A DNA stretch of 64,000 nt from Bacteroidales bacterium (GCA_023229505.1 JALNZD010000010.1:25189-89188); one strand, 5' to 3'. Counted from the first letter of the stretch, positions 46,001 to 54,772 are shown. Numbers and translations: made by a program. The notes: a model not told the origin generated them from the sequence alone.

Positions 46001-46404
46001 ATGCTGGCACGGATCAGGTCGCCGGAAATTTCCGGATTCTGATCCTGAAGCATTTTCAGTTGCAGTGTGTTCAGCAGTTTGTCGTTGATCTCGGGAAAGT
46101 GAGTTCCGATAATTCCCGCTGCCTCTTCATGGCTGATAATTTTCCCCAGCTTCAAAAGGTTAAAGGCCGGGATCAGGATCAATTGCCACAATATCAATAC
46201 GTTGAGGCTAATATAAGAATAGAAGATTACTGTCCTGGTAACCGTGTTAAAGCGTCCGAAGTATTCAGAAAGTATGATGACCAGGAAGAAAATTGTCAGC
46301 AAAGCAATGAAAAAAATACCACCCCTGACCAACCGGTTTTTATAATATTTCCGGATGAACTCGTCAAGCTTGCCGATCAGTATCGAGTAATTATCTGTTG
46401 TCAT
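43051..46404 (-). CDS. Large membrane-anchored coiled-coil protein (DUF4175-like architecture)
   Basis: N-terminal TM helices (GIFFIALLTIFFLVIILSEY, VIFYSYISLNVLILWQLILIPAF, a third near residue 165). Beta-rich middle region, about 350 aa of K/E/Q-rich heptad-like sequence, and a C-terminal Q/M-rich region. The family name is from memory. Confidence 0.55.
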   Translation of the reverse strand: MTTDNYSILIGKLDEFIRKYYKNRLVRGGIFFIALLTIFFLVIILSEYFGRFNTVTRTVIFYSYISLNVLILWQLILIPAFNLLKLGKIISHEEAAGIIGTHFPEINDKLLNTLQLKMLQDQNPEISGDLIRASIDQKINKLRPVPFVLAIDIKQNLRYLRYALPPVIIIILILIISPRVITEPSERIVKYQTVYIPPAPFTITVLNEKLETFQQEDFLFEIKVEGTELPADLFLEMNGIQYRMEKKSPVMFQYKFRNVQETKRFYVLNDLFKSGQFELLVFPKPIVLSFEVALDYPSYTGKVDETIENTGDMIVPLGTMIRWKFFTRDTRNIFFRWGEEYQKLDNESTNTFIFTGRALKSNIYAVVSANEFLRNSDSLTYTVSIIPDNYPTINIDQVRDSIFDKKIYFTGLIKDDYGFSRLTFNYQFDQEGKTGAEPENEFIVELPVSKLSNQQQFFHFFDLDSINIEPGTQIVYHFEIWDNDGINGSKVTRSQPMIFRAPTMDEIDKKTEEDSQKITEDLESSIQEAKDLQKKAEELSRKLIDKENIGWQEKQQIQDLLDEQKQLQEKVEKIQKENQVKSIQEQQYKQTDEELIRKQQRLEELFDEVMTDEMKKMFEELQKLMENVDKDKVNEMLEKLKTDNKDLEKQLDRNLELFKQLEFEKKLQESIDKLKDLAKKQEEQGAKSEQKNADAEQLKKEQDKLNEEFNQLREDLNVLEKKNKELQEPNPLENTDQAEEEIHQQMQEGSEMLKMGKPSKASPAQRSASQSMKSMADQMEQMQSDMYSEELGESIEALREILENLIQLSFDQEELIGRTSEISTMDPQFPSVIEAQNRIKDDLVMVEDSLWALSKRQQMIEPFVTREIQDINLHVGKALGELTERRKGPAGENQQFVMTSVNNLALLLSEALEQMMKAMQMQCSGQCKKGSPKPGKGSSSMKSMREMQQKLNQQIQQMKQNGNNPSKSNESRNSADSEGFARMAAQQEAIRRMMEQYQGQMKEQGMGNSKEMQEMMEQMEKTETELVNKIITQQTIDRLKDIETRLLKHEKAELIREQEEKRESKEGKDINNRNPEDFKEYNKLQENEIELLRTMPPNLRPFYKQKVNQYFYYFELR

Positions 46405-46460
46405 GCTTTTTCAAAAGCCCAGGGAGTCACCTCTTGTAACGAAATAGAACAAATAATTAT

Positions 46461-46468
46461 TATCTTTG
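46461..46468 (+). promoter_or_regulatory. Candidate -7 box (TAnnTTTG) for the M1 aminopeptidase gene
   Basis: tatctttg, 66 nt upstream of ATG 46534. Confidence 0.4.
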
Positions 46469-46533
46469 TTCTCCTTTACAAAGTTAGTGATTGTTTTCCG
46501 CCGTCTTCCCGGCATTGGAAATTATTTTACATC

Positions 46534-48504
46534 ATGAAAAAACTCCTGCTTTCTGTTGCGCTGATCTTTTCTTTCATGCTGACCAAAGGGCAATACAACG
46601 TTCCGGAAGCATTTGATGAAGATTATTGTCATTATATCAAATCCTGTGAAAACCAGCTTAAATATTACGCTGCACCACTGATCAGCAATGCTTTGCTTGA
46701 AAAATATGATGTAACCTTTTATTTCCTGGACCTGAACGTTGAAAACAACACGGTTGCCGTGAGCGGCAATGTGACTATCAAAGCAAAACCGACCATTGCA
46801 GCGCTTGACACGTTTGCTTTTGAACTGATCTCCGCGATGACTATCGATTCGGTTTTTGTCGACGGAATACAGCGGACATTCCAGCATACCAATGACCTGG
46901 CGATAGTGCCATTGTCGTCACCAATTCCGCAGGGGACAATATTTTCTGTGAAGGTATATTACCAGGGGACTCCATCTACCGGGGGATTTTTTTCCGGTGT
47001 TTCGACCGACTATTCCACCCAATACCAGAAAAATGTGACCTGGACCCTGGCTGAGCCATACGCGGCAAAAGACTGGTGGCCGACCAAGCAGGATCTCCGG
47101 GATAAAGCTGATTCCGTATGGGTTTTCCTGACGACAAGCCCCGAAAACAAGGCCGGATCGGAGGGCTTGCTGACGGGAATAACGACCATGCCCAACGGGA
47201 AAGTCCGCTATGAATGGAAAAGCTATTACCCGATCGATTATTACCTGATTTCATTTGCTGTGGCAGATTACCAGGATTACAGCCTGTATGCTTTCCCGGA
47301 AGGTACTTCGGATTCCGTGCTCATACAGAATTATATCTACGATCATCCCAACTGCCTGCCTGACAACAAGGGTGCAATTGACCAGACGGCTGCTTTCATC
47401 GAATTATTTTCCGATTTGTTCGGGCTTTATCCTTTTATTGATGAAAAATACGGGCATTGCCTGACCAAGTTCGGCGGCGGTATGGAACACCAGACAATGA
47501 CGACTATTGGCGGCTTTAGTTTTGGCATAGTCGCTCATGAGCTTGGACACATGTGGTTTGGGGATAAAGTAACCTGTGCCACCTGGAGTGATATCTGGAT
47601 CAACGAAGGATTTGCCACCTATACCGATTACCTGGCCCATTCGTTTTTAAGCACCCCATATTATGATTCCCTGTGGTTAAAGATCCACCACGACCAGGTT
47701 AAGGTACAACCCGGAGGAAGTGTTTATGTTCCGCCTGAAGAACTCGGTGATATCTGGCGTATATTCGACGGACGGTTATCCTACAGCAAGGGTGCCTTAC
47801 TGTTGCATATGATACGATTTGAACTTCAGGACGATGATATGTTTTTTAATGTTCTTAAGACTTATGTCGAAGAATATGGAGATTCCGTGGCAACCGGAGA
47901 CAATTTCAGGGACTGGTTAGAATCCGTTTCGGGTAAAAATTTTACGGATTTCTTCAATCAATGGTACTATGGAGAAGGTTACCCGGTTTATGATATCGTT
48001 TGGCACCAGGGTGGAAACAAACTGGATATTATTTCCACCCAAACCACTTCCACCAGCATAACGCCATTGTTTAAGATGCTTGTTCCCTATCACCTGAATT
48101 TTACTGACGGAACAGATTCAACTCTTTTACTTTACCAGGATGCTAACCTTAATTCCTACACTATTCCGATCTCAAAGACTATTGATAATATTGTATTGGA
48201 TCCCAGACAATGGATCCTTCACAAGCTCAACAGCCTTTCATTAGGGTTGGAAGAAACGGAAAGCCCGTTACACTTCACCCTGGGGCCGAATCCTGCGAAG
48301 GATTATCTCCGTATTTTCTTCTCACGCCCGTCTGATAAATCATTTACCCTCTTTATTTCCGATCTGACCGGAAGGCAAGTCTTCAGGCAAACCATGGAAA
48401 ATGCTGATCGTTTCATCGATATAAGCAAGTTTTCGCCTGGTATATACCTGGTTTCCCTGTCGGATGGGACTGATGTGCTTAATAAGAAACTTATTGTTGA
48501 ATAA
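46534..48504 (+). CDS. M1-family zinc aminopeptidase with T9SS C-terminal sorting domain
   Basis: Start set at MKKLLLSVALIFSFMLTKGQ; the track ORF 5-prime extension is antisense to 43051-46404. HELGHMWFGD plus WINEGFATY (HEXXH-18-E), GAMEN-like GGMEHQT. The C-terminal ~75 aa (LGPNPAKDYLRIFF...GIYLVSLSDGTDVLNKKLIVE) is Por-type. Confidence 0.85.
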   Translation: MKKLLLSVALIFSFMLTKGQYNVPEAFDEDYCHYIKSCENQLKYYAAPLISNALLEKYDVTFYFLDLNVENNTVAVSGNVTIKAKPTIAALDTFAFELISAMTIDSVFVDGIQRTFQHTNDLAIVPLSSPIPQGTIFSVKVYYQGTPSTGGFFSGVSTDYSTQYQKNVTWTLAEPYAAKDWWPTKQDLRDKADSVWVFLTTSPENKAGSEGLLTGITTMPNGKVRYEWKSYYPIDYYLISFAVADYQDYSLYAFPEGTSDSVLIQNYIYDHPNCLPDNKGAIDQTAAFIELFSDLFGLYPFIDEKYGHCLTKFGGGMEHQTMTTIGGFSFGIVAHELGHMWFGDKVTCATWSDIWINEGFATYTDYLAHSFLSTPYYDSLWLKIHHDQVKVQPGGSVYVPPEELGDIWRIFDGRLSYSKGALLLHMIRFELQDDDMFFNVLKTYVEEYGDSVATGDNFRDWLESVSGKNFTDFFNQWYYGEGYPVYDIVWHQGGNKLDIISTQTTSTSITPLFKMLVPYHLNFTDGTDSTLLLYQDANLNSYTIPISKTIDNIVLDPRQWILHKLNSLSLGLEETESPLHFTLGPNPAKDYLRIFFSRPSDKSFTLFISDLTGRQVFRQTMENADRFIDISKFSPGIYLVSLSDGTDVLNKKLIVE

Positions 48505-48507
48505 ATA

Positions 48508-50046
48508 ATGCCTAATATCCCAACCCAAGTCCGCGTCCGCTTTGCCCCCAGTCCAACGGGACCATTGCATATCGGAGGAGTCAGGACGGCTTTGTATAAT
48601 TATTTGTTTGCCCGCCATTCCGGCGGAAAAATGATCCTCCGGATCGAGGATACGGACCAGAATCGATATGTCCCGGGTGCGGAAGATTACATCATTGATT
48701 CGTTGAACTGGGCCGGGATCCTGTTTGATGAAGGTGTTCATGTTGGCGGGCCTTTTGCGCCATACCGCCAGTCGGACCGGAAAGATATCTACCGCAAATA
48801 TGCCGATGAGCTGATCAGAAACGGGCATGCATATTATTGTTTCGATGCTGCAGAAGAGCTTGACGCGAGGCGTAAAGAGGCTGAAAAGGAAAAGCATGTC
48901 TTTACGTATGATGCTTCAGTGAGGATGGGGATGAAGAATTCCCTTGCCCTTTCTCCTGAAGAAACACAGCGGCGTTTGCAGTCAGGAAAGCCGTATGTAA
49001 TCCGTTTTCTTATCCCGGAAAACGAGACAATGGTATTTCATGACCTGATACGCGGCGAAATGACTGTAAATACCCCTACACTGGACGACAAGGTGCTGTT
49101 CAAGTCTGATGGAATGCCCACTTATCACCTGGCCAATATCGTCGATGATCACCTGATGCAGATATCCCATGTGATCAGGGGGGAAGAATGGCTTCCGTCT
49201 CTTCCGTTACATATTCTGCTATACCGGAGTTTTAGGTGGCAGCCGCCTTTGTTTGCGCATCTTCCGCTTATCCTGAAACCTGAAGGATCGGGCAAGCTCA
49301 GTAAACGAGATGGCGACAGGCTGGGTTTCCCCGTATTCCCGATGGAATGGAAGGATCCATTCACTAAGGAGGTCTCTTCAGGATATCGAGAGTCAGGATA
49401 TTTTCCTGAAACCTTAGTAAATATGCTGGCCCTGCTGGGATGGAACCCCGGCACCGAAAAGGAAATTTTTTCCCTGGAAGAGCTGACTCATGAGTTTTCG
49501 ATTGAACGGATCGGCAAATCTGGTTCTCGTTTTGATCCGGGCAAAATAAAATGGTTCAATCACCATTACCTGGTTACCAAACCCACAGAAGAGCTCATAG
49601 CCATGTTCCAGGAAATCCTGAAAAACAAAGGCGTTGTGGCTACCGACACATTTGTCGGCCGGGTCGTTGAACTTGTAAAAGACCGGTCCGATTTCGTCAG
49701 TAATTTCTGGGACCAGTCGTCTTTCTTTTTCCAGCCACCCCAATCATACGATATGGACATTGTCAGAAAGAAGTGGAAAGATGATACTCCAATGCTTCTG
49801 AAAGCTTTTGGTGATCTTCTTCCAACTCTTGACGATTTCCATGCTGAAAACATCAAGGCACTGGCCGAAAAATTTGTGCAGGAAAAGGGTACTGGCTTAG
49901 GACAGTTAATGAATCCTCTCAGGCTCTGCCTGGTTGGCGGCAGTTTCGGCCCTGATCTTTCCCTGATCTGTGAAATGCTTGGAAAAGATGAGGTAATATC
50001 GAGAATAGCGAAGGCCCTGGATCATATATTGCAACAGCAGGTTTAA
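48508..50046 (+). CDS. gltX: Glutamate--tRNA ligase
   Basis: RFAPSPTGPLHIGGVRTALYNYLFA (HIGH), KLSKRD (KMSKS), 512 aa. Confidence 0.95.
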   Translation: MPNIPTQVRVRFAPSPTGPLHIGGVRTALYNYLFARHSGGKMILRIEDTDQNRYVPGAEDYIIDSLNWAGILFDEGVHVGGPFAPYRQSDRKDIYRKYADELIRNGHAYYCFDAAEELDARRKEAEKEKHVFTYDASVRMGMKNSLALSPEETQRRLQSGKPYVIRFLIPENETMVFHDLIRGEMTVNTPTLDDKVLFKSDGMPTYHLANIVDDHLMQISHVIRGEEWLPSLPLHILLYRSFRWQPPLFAHLPLILKPEGSGKLSKRDGDRLGFPVFPMEWKDPFTKEVSSGYRESGYFPETLVNMLALLGWNPGTEKEIFSLEELTHEFSIERIGKSGSRFDPGKIKWFNHHYLVTKPTEELIAMFQEILKNKGVVATDTFVGRVVELVKDRSDFVSNFWDQSSFFFQPPQSYDMDIVRKKWKDDTPMLLKAFGDLLPTLDDFHAENIKALAEKFVQEKGTGLGQLMNPLRLCLVGGSFGPDLSLICEMLGKDEVISRIAKALDHILQQQV

Positions 50047-50062
50047 TACCATCATTCAGGAA

Positions 50063-50416
50063 ATGGGACAAATATCGATCGAAGGCATGGAATTTTTCGC
50101 CTACCATGGCTGCTTCAAAGAGGAGCAGATCATTGGCACCCGCTTTATTGTTGATCTTTTCATGGAAACAGACACTCAGGAAGCCGAAGTGACTGATAAC
50201 CTGGCAAAAACGGTTAATTACCAGGCAGTTTATGGCTTTGTGGCGAAAGAGATGGCTGTTAAGTCGCACCTGCTGGAAAATGTCGCCAGGCGGATACTAA
50301 AACGTATAGCCCGGGAATTTCCTCAAATAACTGCCTCCAGGATAAAGATATCAAAGATGAACCCGCCCGTTGGCGGTAAAGTTGAAAAAGTAAGCATAGA
50401 ATTAAATAGTCATTAA
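50063..50416 (+). CDS. folB: Dihydroneopterin aldolase
   Basis: 117 aa. IEGMEFFAYHGCFKEEQIIGTRFIVDL...VNYQAVY is the typical FolB pattern. Confidence 0.8.
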   Translation: MGQISIEGMEFFAYHGCFKEEQIIGTRFIVDLFMETDTQEAEVTDNLAKTVNYQAVYGFVAKEMAVKSHLLENVARRILKRIAREFPQITASRIKISKMNPPVGGKVEKVSIELNSH

Positions 50417-50442
50417 GTTGTCATTTATTGTAATTTTCTCAT

Positions 50443-50484
50443 TGACAACCTTATGACAACCTTATGACTACCTTATGACAATCC
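50443..50484. repeat. 11-bp-period direct repeat x3.8 (candidate winged-helix regulator binding array)
   Basis: tgacaacctta tgacaacctta tgactacctta tgacaatcc. An inverted copy of the core (gttgtcat, 50417-50424) abuts the folB stop codon. The reverse complement of the unit is TTGTCATAAGG. Confidence 0.85.
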
Positions 50485-50717
50485 ATAACGAATTATCAAT
50501 GTGCCCGCGGTGCGGAAAGCATTTCAGCTGCAGTAAATCCTGTAAGTGCTGGTGCTATGAGGTGTTTTTGCCTTTGGATAAGCTGGTGGAGATTGAAAAT
50601 CTCTATGACAGCTGCCTTTGTCCTGCCTGCCTGAATGAGTATGCAAAGCAGAAACCCCAGGATGGGAAGTTTTCCAGGAATAGTTTCATCTATACGAAAA
50701 AACAAAAACCAACTTAA
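50475..50717 (+). CDS. Cysteine-rich CWC-family small protein
   Basis: MCPRCGKHFSCSKSCKCWCYEV...CLCPACLNEY. The true start may be ATG 50499 (MCPRCG), because ATG 50475 lies inside the 11-bp repeat. Confidence 0.6.
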   Translation: MTIHNELSMCPRCGKHFSCSKSCKCWCYEVFLPLDKLVEIENLYDSCLCPACLNEYAKQKPQDGKFSRNSFIYTKKQKPT

Positions 50718-50747
50718 AAAAGAATACTATAACTTCTTACTAAAGAA

Positions 50748-52979
50748 TTATTTCTTCCCAACTGTTTTCTCCACCTCCTTTGGTTTTACTTCCCGGGGGA
50801 TCTTTATCTTCTTAGGCCCAAAGGTCAGTTCATCGATCAGGTTTTGTGCACCGGCATATTTATCAATGATGAAAAGCACATAACGGATATCCACACAGAT
50901 GGTACGCTGAAGTTTAGGTTCATAAGCGATATTACCGCTCATGGCTTCCCAGTTTCCGTCGAAAGCCAGTCCGATAAGTTCACCATTTCCATTGATCACC
51001 GGACTTCCGGAATTCCCGCCGGTAATATCATTGTCGGTCAGGAAGCAGGTTACGAGGTCATCCCCGCTTCCATATCTTCCGAAATCCTTTTTAGCATATA
51101 ATTCCTTCAATTTTGCCGGAACGATGAATTCCTCATTGGTGGGGTCTTCTTTATCCATAACACCGCTTAAATGCGTCACATAGTCAAAATAGACCGCATC
51201 AGCGCCTTTATAATCCAGCACTGATCCATAAGTGAAGCGCATCGTGAAGTTGGCATCGGGATAAAAGGTCTTATCCGGCATCATTTCCCGAAGACCGGCC
51301 ATGAAGAGCCTTTCGTTCTTTCCGATTTCCTGGTTAGCGACCCTGTATTCACCTGACATGGTCATCATCGCTCCCATTAATTCTCCGCCAAGCTTATAAG
51401 CCGGATCTTTCGCAATAGCTTTGAAGCTGGGTTTATCCAGAAATGCATTGGTTTTCTCTAATGAGCTGAAGATTGACTTTTCGAATAAATCAGCAGCCAT
51501 AGCCTGAAAATCACCTTTGTACTTCGCCACCATATCTTTGAAGCCATTGGGCTGCTTGTCGGCTGGCATCTCCTTTGAATAAATTTCCATCAATCGTGCG
51601 AAGACTTTTTGATCAGTCGGGGCATTGTAATCTTTGAATTGTTCTTTGGCCGATTCTCTCAGCTCATTGACAGTTTCATCAATAGCGCCGGTTTTATCCT
51701 TGCTTTCCAGCAGACCGGCCAGTTGTGTGAATGTTTGGGCAAAACCGAGAATCTCCGGTGAATTGGCACCAAGGGCAGCCAGGATAAATGGTTCGAATTT
51801 GGAACCGATTTGCCCGTATCCTGATTCTAAGTTTTTTAAGACGTTCTCATATTTTTCCTGGCGTGCCTTATCCTGGGCGATCCATTGCGTGAACTTCGCT
51901 TCTATCTCTTCTTTCTGTCCTTTCACATTCAGTTTTTTCAAACCTTTTAATTCTCCGAGGTAGTATTTCCAGCCATTAGCCGTGGAAGCATATTTGGAGG
52001 CATATTTGATCCCGACTTCCCGGTCGGCATCCATATCTTCTTTCCAGATTGACAGTTGTTCACCAAGTAACCTGACAATATTTGGATCAAAATATTTAAT
52101 CTGGAAATCAACACCATAGGAGCAAAGGTAACGGTCGGTGCTTCCCGGATAACCCCAGATCATAGCAAAGTCGCCTTTTTCCACGCCTGCAATGCTGACA
52201 GGTAGGTGGTGCTTTGGTTTGAAGGGTACGTTATCTTTGGAATAAGCGGCCGGGCTGCCATCAGGAGCGGTATAGACCCTGAAAATGCTGAAGTCGCCAG
52301 TATGCCGGGGCCACATCCAGTTGTCGGTATCGCCTCCGAATTTGCCTATAGATGATGGCGGGGCGCCGACAAGGCGAATATCGGTGTAAACCTCATAAAC
52401 GAACAGGTAATACTCATTCCCGTTGAAAAAGCTTGTCACATTCACAAAGTATTTCTTGCCGGGATCGGCATTTTTCTTCAACCTGGTGGTGATTTCCCTG
52501 ACCTTGGCCGACCTGCCGGAGGCTGACATGGTATCGGAAAGAAAGGGTATGATTGAATCGGTCACATCTTCCATTCGTATAAAGAATGTAGCGCTGAGGT
52601 CCTCGTTCGGAAGCTCTTCTTCCTTGCTCATAGCCCAAAAACCGTCTGTAAGGTAATCGTGCTCTATAGAGCTGTGTTTCTGAATCACATCAAATCCGCA
52701 ATGGTGGTTCGTGAAAAGCAGTCCCTGGTCAGAAACTACTTCCGCGGTGCAGAAAAAACCGCCGGGCTGGTTGCCATTCCCCAGGCCAACGATGGCGTCT
52801 TTCATGCTGGAGTTATTGATACTGTATATTTCTTCAGCGGTGAGATGGAGTCCCATTTTCTGCATATCCACATAATTCAGCCTTTCCACGAAGATGGGCA
52901 ACCACATACCTTCATCTGCCCTAAGCGAAGATCCGAAGAACAGGATAAATAGTGCAACAAGTAGATTTAAACATTTCAT
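50748..52979 (-). CDS. S46-family dipeptidyl-peptidase (DPP7/DPP11 type)
   Basis: Signal peptide then ADEGMWLP, TNHHCG (catalytic His), GGNSGSPV (catalytic Ser), helical insertion domain, about 720 mature residues. Confidence 0.9.
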   Translation of the reverse strand: MKCLNLLVALFILFFGSSLRADEGMWLPIFVERLNYVDMQKMGLHLTAEEIYSINNSSMKDAIVGLGNGNQPGGFFCTAEVVSDQGLLFTNHHCGFDVIQKHSSIEHDYLTDGFWAMSKEEELPNEDLSATFFIRMEDVTDSIIPFLSDTMSASGRSAKVREITTRLKKNADPGKKYFVNVTSFFNGNEYYLFVYEVYTDIRLVGAPPSSIGKFGGDTDNWMWPRHTGDFSIFRVYTAPDGSPAAYSKDNVPFKPKHHLPVSIAGVEKGDFAMIWGYPGSTDRYLCSYGVDFQIKYFDPNIVRLLGEQLSIWKEDMDADREVGIKYASKYASTANGWKYYLGELKGLKKLNVKGQKEEIEAKFTQWIAQDKARQEKYENVLKNLESGYGQIGSKFEPFILAALGANSPEILGFAQTFTQLAGLLESKDKTGAIDETVNELRESAKEQFKDYNAPTDQKVFARLMEIYSKEMPADKQPNGFKDMVAKYKGDFQAMAADLFEKSIFSSLEKTNAFLDKPSFKAIAKDPAYKLGGELMGAMMTMSGEYRVANQEIGKNERLFMAGLREMMPDKTFYPDANFTMRFTYGSVLDYKGADAVYFDYVTHLSGVMDKEDPTNEEFIVPAKLKELYAKKDFGRYGSGDDLVTCFLTDNDITGGNSGSPVINGNGELIGLAFDGNWEAMSGNIAYEPKLQRTICVDIRYVLFIIDKYAGAQNLIDELTFGPKKIKIPREVKPKEVEKTVGKK

Positions 52980-53042
52980 TGTCAGATTGTTAAATTGCTA
53001 AATAATTATATTGTCCGATTGTTCGATAGCTCGATTGCTGGT

Positions 53043-53073
53043 ACTTTGAACTTTGCACTTTGAACTTTGCACT
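53043..53073. repeat. 14-nt stutter repeat x2.2 abutting the stop codon of the M49-like gene
   Basis: Plus strand: actttgaactttgc actttgaactttgc act. Minus strand: TAA g agtgcaaagttcaa agtgcaaagttcaa agt. Confidence 0.85.
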
Positions 53074-53074
53074 C

Positions 53075-54772
53075 TTAAAGGCCAAGTACTTTTTTCCCTT
53101 TTTCAAACACCACATCAACCGGGATATTAGCCGCATTGATACGTTCAAGGTCAGCCTGGAGGTCCGGTTTGACGACACCTTCGGTTTCCACCCACTGTTT
53201 GGCTGCTGCATAATCGCCATCACCCTGGATATAGACAATCTTTTGTACCAGCTTTTCCATGGCGGCTTTTGTCTTCTCAAAATCAACCGTAAAAGTTCCA
53301 TTGGTATTACGGGTGAAAGCGCCCTCTTCCCGGAAGAAGTTAAAGCGCATCATGTTTGATTTGCCGTGAGCACTGGCTGCGCCGAATCGTACAGAACGGA
53401 AAGTGCCCGCAAAGAAAGTCACGTAGTTGTCCATCACCTGCCCTTCGGTCAGTTCTCCCATTTCATAGAGTTTGGTAACGAGATACAGTCCCATGATATC
53501 GGCTTTACCTTCTTCGATGGAAGAATACATTTCTTTAAGGGCAGTCCTGGCAGGTCCTTTACCGTTGATAGTATTCTTAACACCCATGGCGTGGGCCACT
53601 TCGTGGAACATGGTATTTTCGAAGAAAGCGTTGAAGGTAACATTATTGCGCTGGGATGGGTCGATAAGCAGATCTGCGATGGGGATCATGATCTTATCAA
53701 ACTTCGCCTGCATGGCATTTTTAAGCTGTAGTTTGCGGGAACCTTTCTTCAGTTGAACTTCCTCGTCGTTTGGCAGGTTAATGGCGATAGTTTTGCTCCC
53801 GGCGTTGCAGTCGCCTGCATAGTAAACCACATCATAGGCATTCAGGTCGGCATCGGCTCCGGGGATTTCTGTCTTATACTCATCCTTCACCGGCAGTCCG
53901 CGTTGCAGGTTGGGAAGCATGGCTGCATATTTCACAAGGCGTGCACTCCAGACCGGGTCCTTGATCAGGATATAGCTTTCGAAAGCGGCTTTGTAACCAA
54001 ACAGGGCATCTTCATAATTCTCGATAGGACCGACAACGAAATCGATATCAGATGACCGCATTTCCATCCACGCAAAATCGCTGGCCTGGTATTGGCTTGT
54101 GAGTAAGGCGTCAGCGCGAAGTTCAAGGTATTTTTTCAGTCCGGCATCTTCCGCCAGGGAAGCAGCCTGTTTTATCAATACAGCAGCCTTTTTCAACTGT
54201 GTTTCAAAAGCCTGGTGGTACCAGATACTGCGGAGGGTGCCGTCTTCATTACGGCGGATGATAGTATAGAGGCTTTTCTTATTTGGATCATTGAAAGCTT
54301 CGAATTCCTCTTTGGTCATATCCACCGGGTAAAAATTGGCTCCTTCAGGTTTTGGTCCTATTTCAACGATGAATGACTTGTTTCCATCGAGACGGTCCCA
54401 TGGGCCGTAGTTGACCAGTGCAAATTTGCGGGCAGTTTCATCCTGTATCCTCGCGAGGAAGGCGTCTTTCGGGCCCATGGCCTGCTGCCAGAACAGGCCG
54501 TCCATGATATCGGCGACATCAAACAGGATGGAAAGGATCTGTTTTTCCTTTGCAGACAGATGGCTGATATCGGAGGTCAGGGTAAAAGGGGCGAAAGTGC
54601 CGAGGCGCTGGGCCACGTGTTCGGGTGATGCAGGTGTCAGGGGTTGTTGCCCCGGAACAGATCCTGAATACTCATTTTCCATCTGGGATTCAGTTTTTGC
54701 AGCTTGCTGGCAGGAAATAGTAAAAACTACCACCATGGCCAATAGGATTGAAGATAAAAATTTGTAAAGCAT
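53075..54772 (-). CDS. Lipoprotein zinc metallopeptidase, DPP III (M49)-like
   Basis: Lipobox VFTISC. MFHEVAHAMG (HExxH) with downstream SIEEGKADIMG, which resembles the second M49 motif EE(C/x)(R/K)A(E/D). The family call is moderate. Confidence 0.55.
   Translation of the reverse strand: MLYKFLSSILLAMVVVFTISCQQAAKTESQMENEYSGSVPGQQPLTPASPEHVAQRLGTFAPFTLTSDISHLSAKEKQILSILFDVADIMDGLFWQQAMGPKDAFLARIQDETARKFALVNYGPWDRLDGNKSFIVEIGPKPEGANFYPVDMTKEEFEAFNDPNKKSLYTIIRRNEDGTLRSIWYHQAFETQLKKAAVLIKQAASLAEDAGLKKYLELRADALLTSQYQASDFAWMEMRSSDIDFVVGPIENYEDALFGYKAAFESYILIKDPVWSARLVKYAAMLPNLQRGLPVKDEYKTEIPGADADLNAYDVVYYAGDCNAGSKTIAINLPNDEEVQLKKGSRKLQLKNAMQAKFDKIMIPIADLLIDPSQRNNVTFNAFFENTMFHEVAHAMGVKNTINGKGPARTALKEMYSSIEEGKADIMGLYLVTKLYEMGELTEGQVMDNYVTFFAGTFRSVRFGAASAHGKSNMMRFNFFREEGAFTRNTNGTFTVDFEKTKAAMEKLVQKIVYIQGDGDYAAAKQWVETEGVVKPDLQADLERINAANIPVDVVFEKGKKVLGL

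Noticed and set aside
46060-46533. 158-aa N-terminal extension of the M1 aminopeptidase ORF (track ORF 46060..48504)
   Set aside because: The extension overlaps the 5-prime end of the 43051-46404 gene on the opposite strand. An internal ATG at 46534 gives a clean signal peptide (MKKLLLSVALIFSFMLTKGQ) and is preceded by a TAnnTTTG box.
48340-48897. 185-aa minus-strand ORF spanning the aminopeptidase/gltX junction
   Set aside because: It is antisense to two strongly supported genes.
9699-53073. Short tandem repeats considered as a possible CRISPR array or iterons of a replicon
   Set aside because: The units are 7-21 bp with 2-4 copies, there are no unique spacers and no cas or rep genes. They are scattered at gene boundaries rather than clustered.
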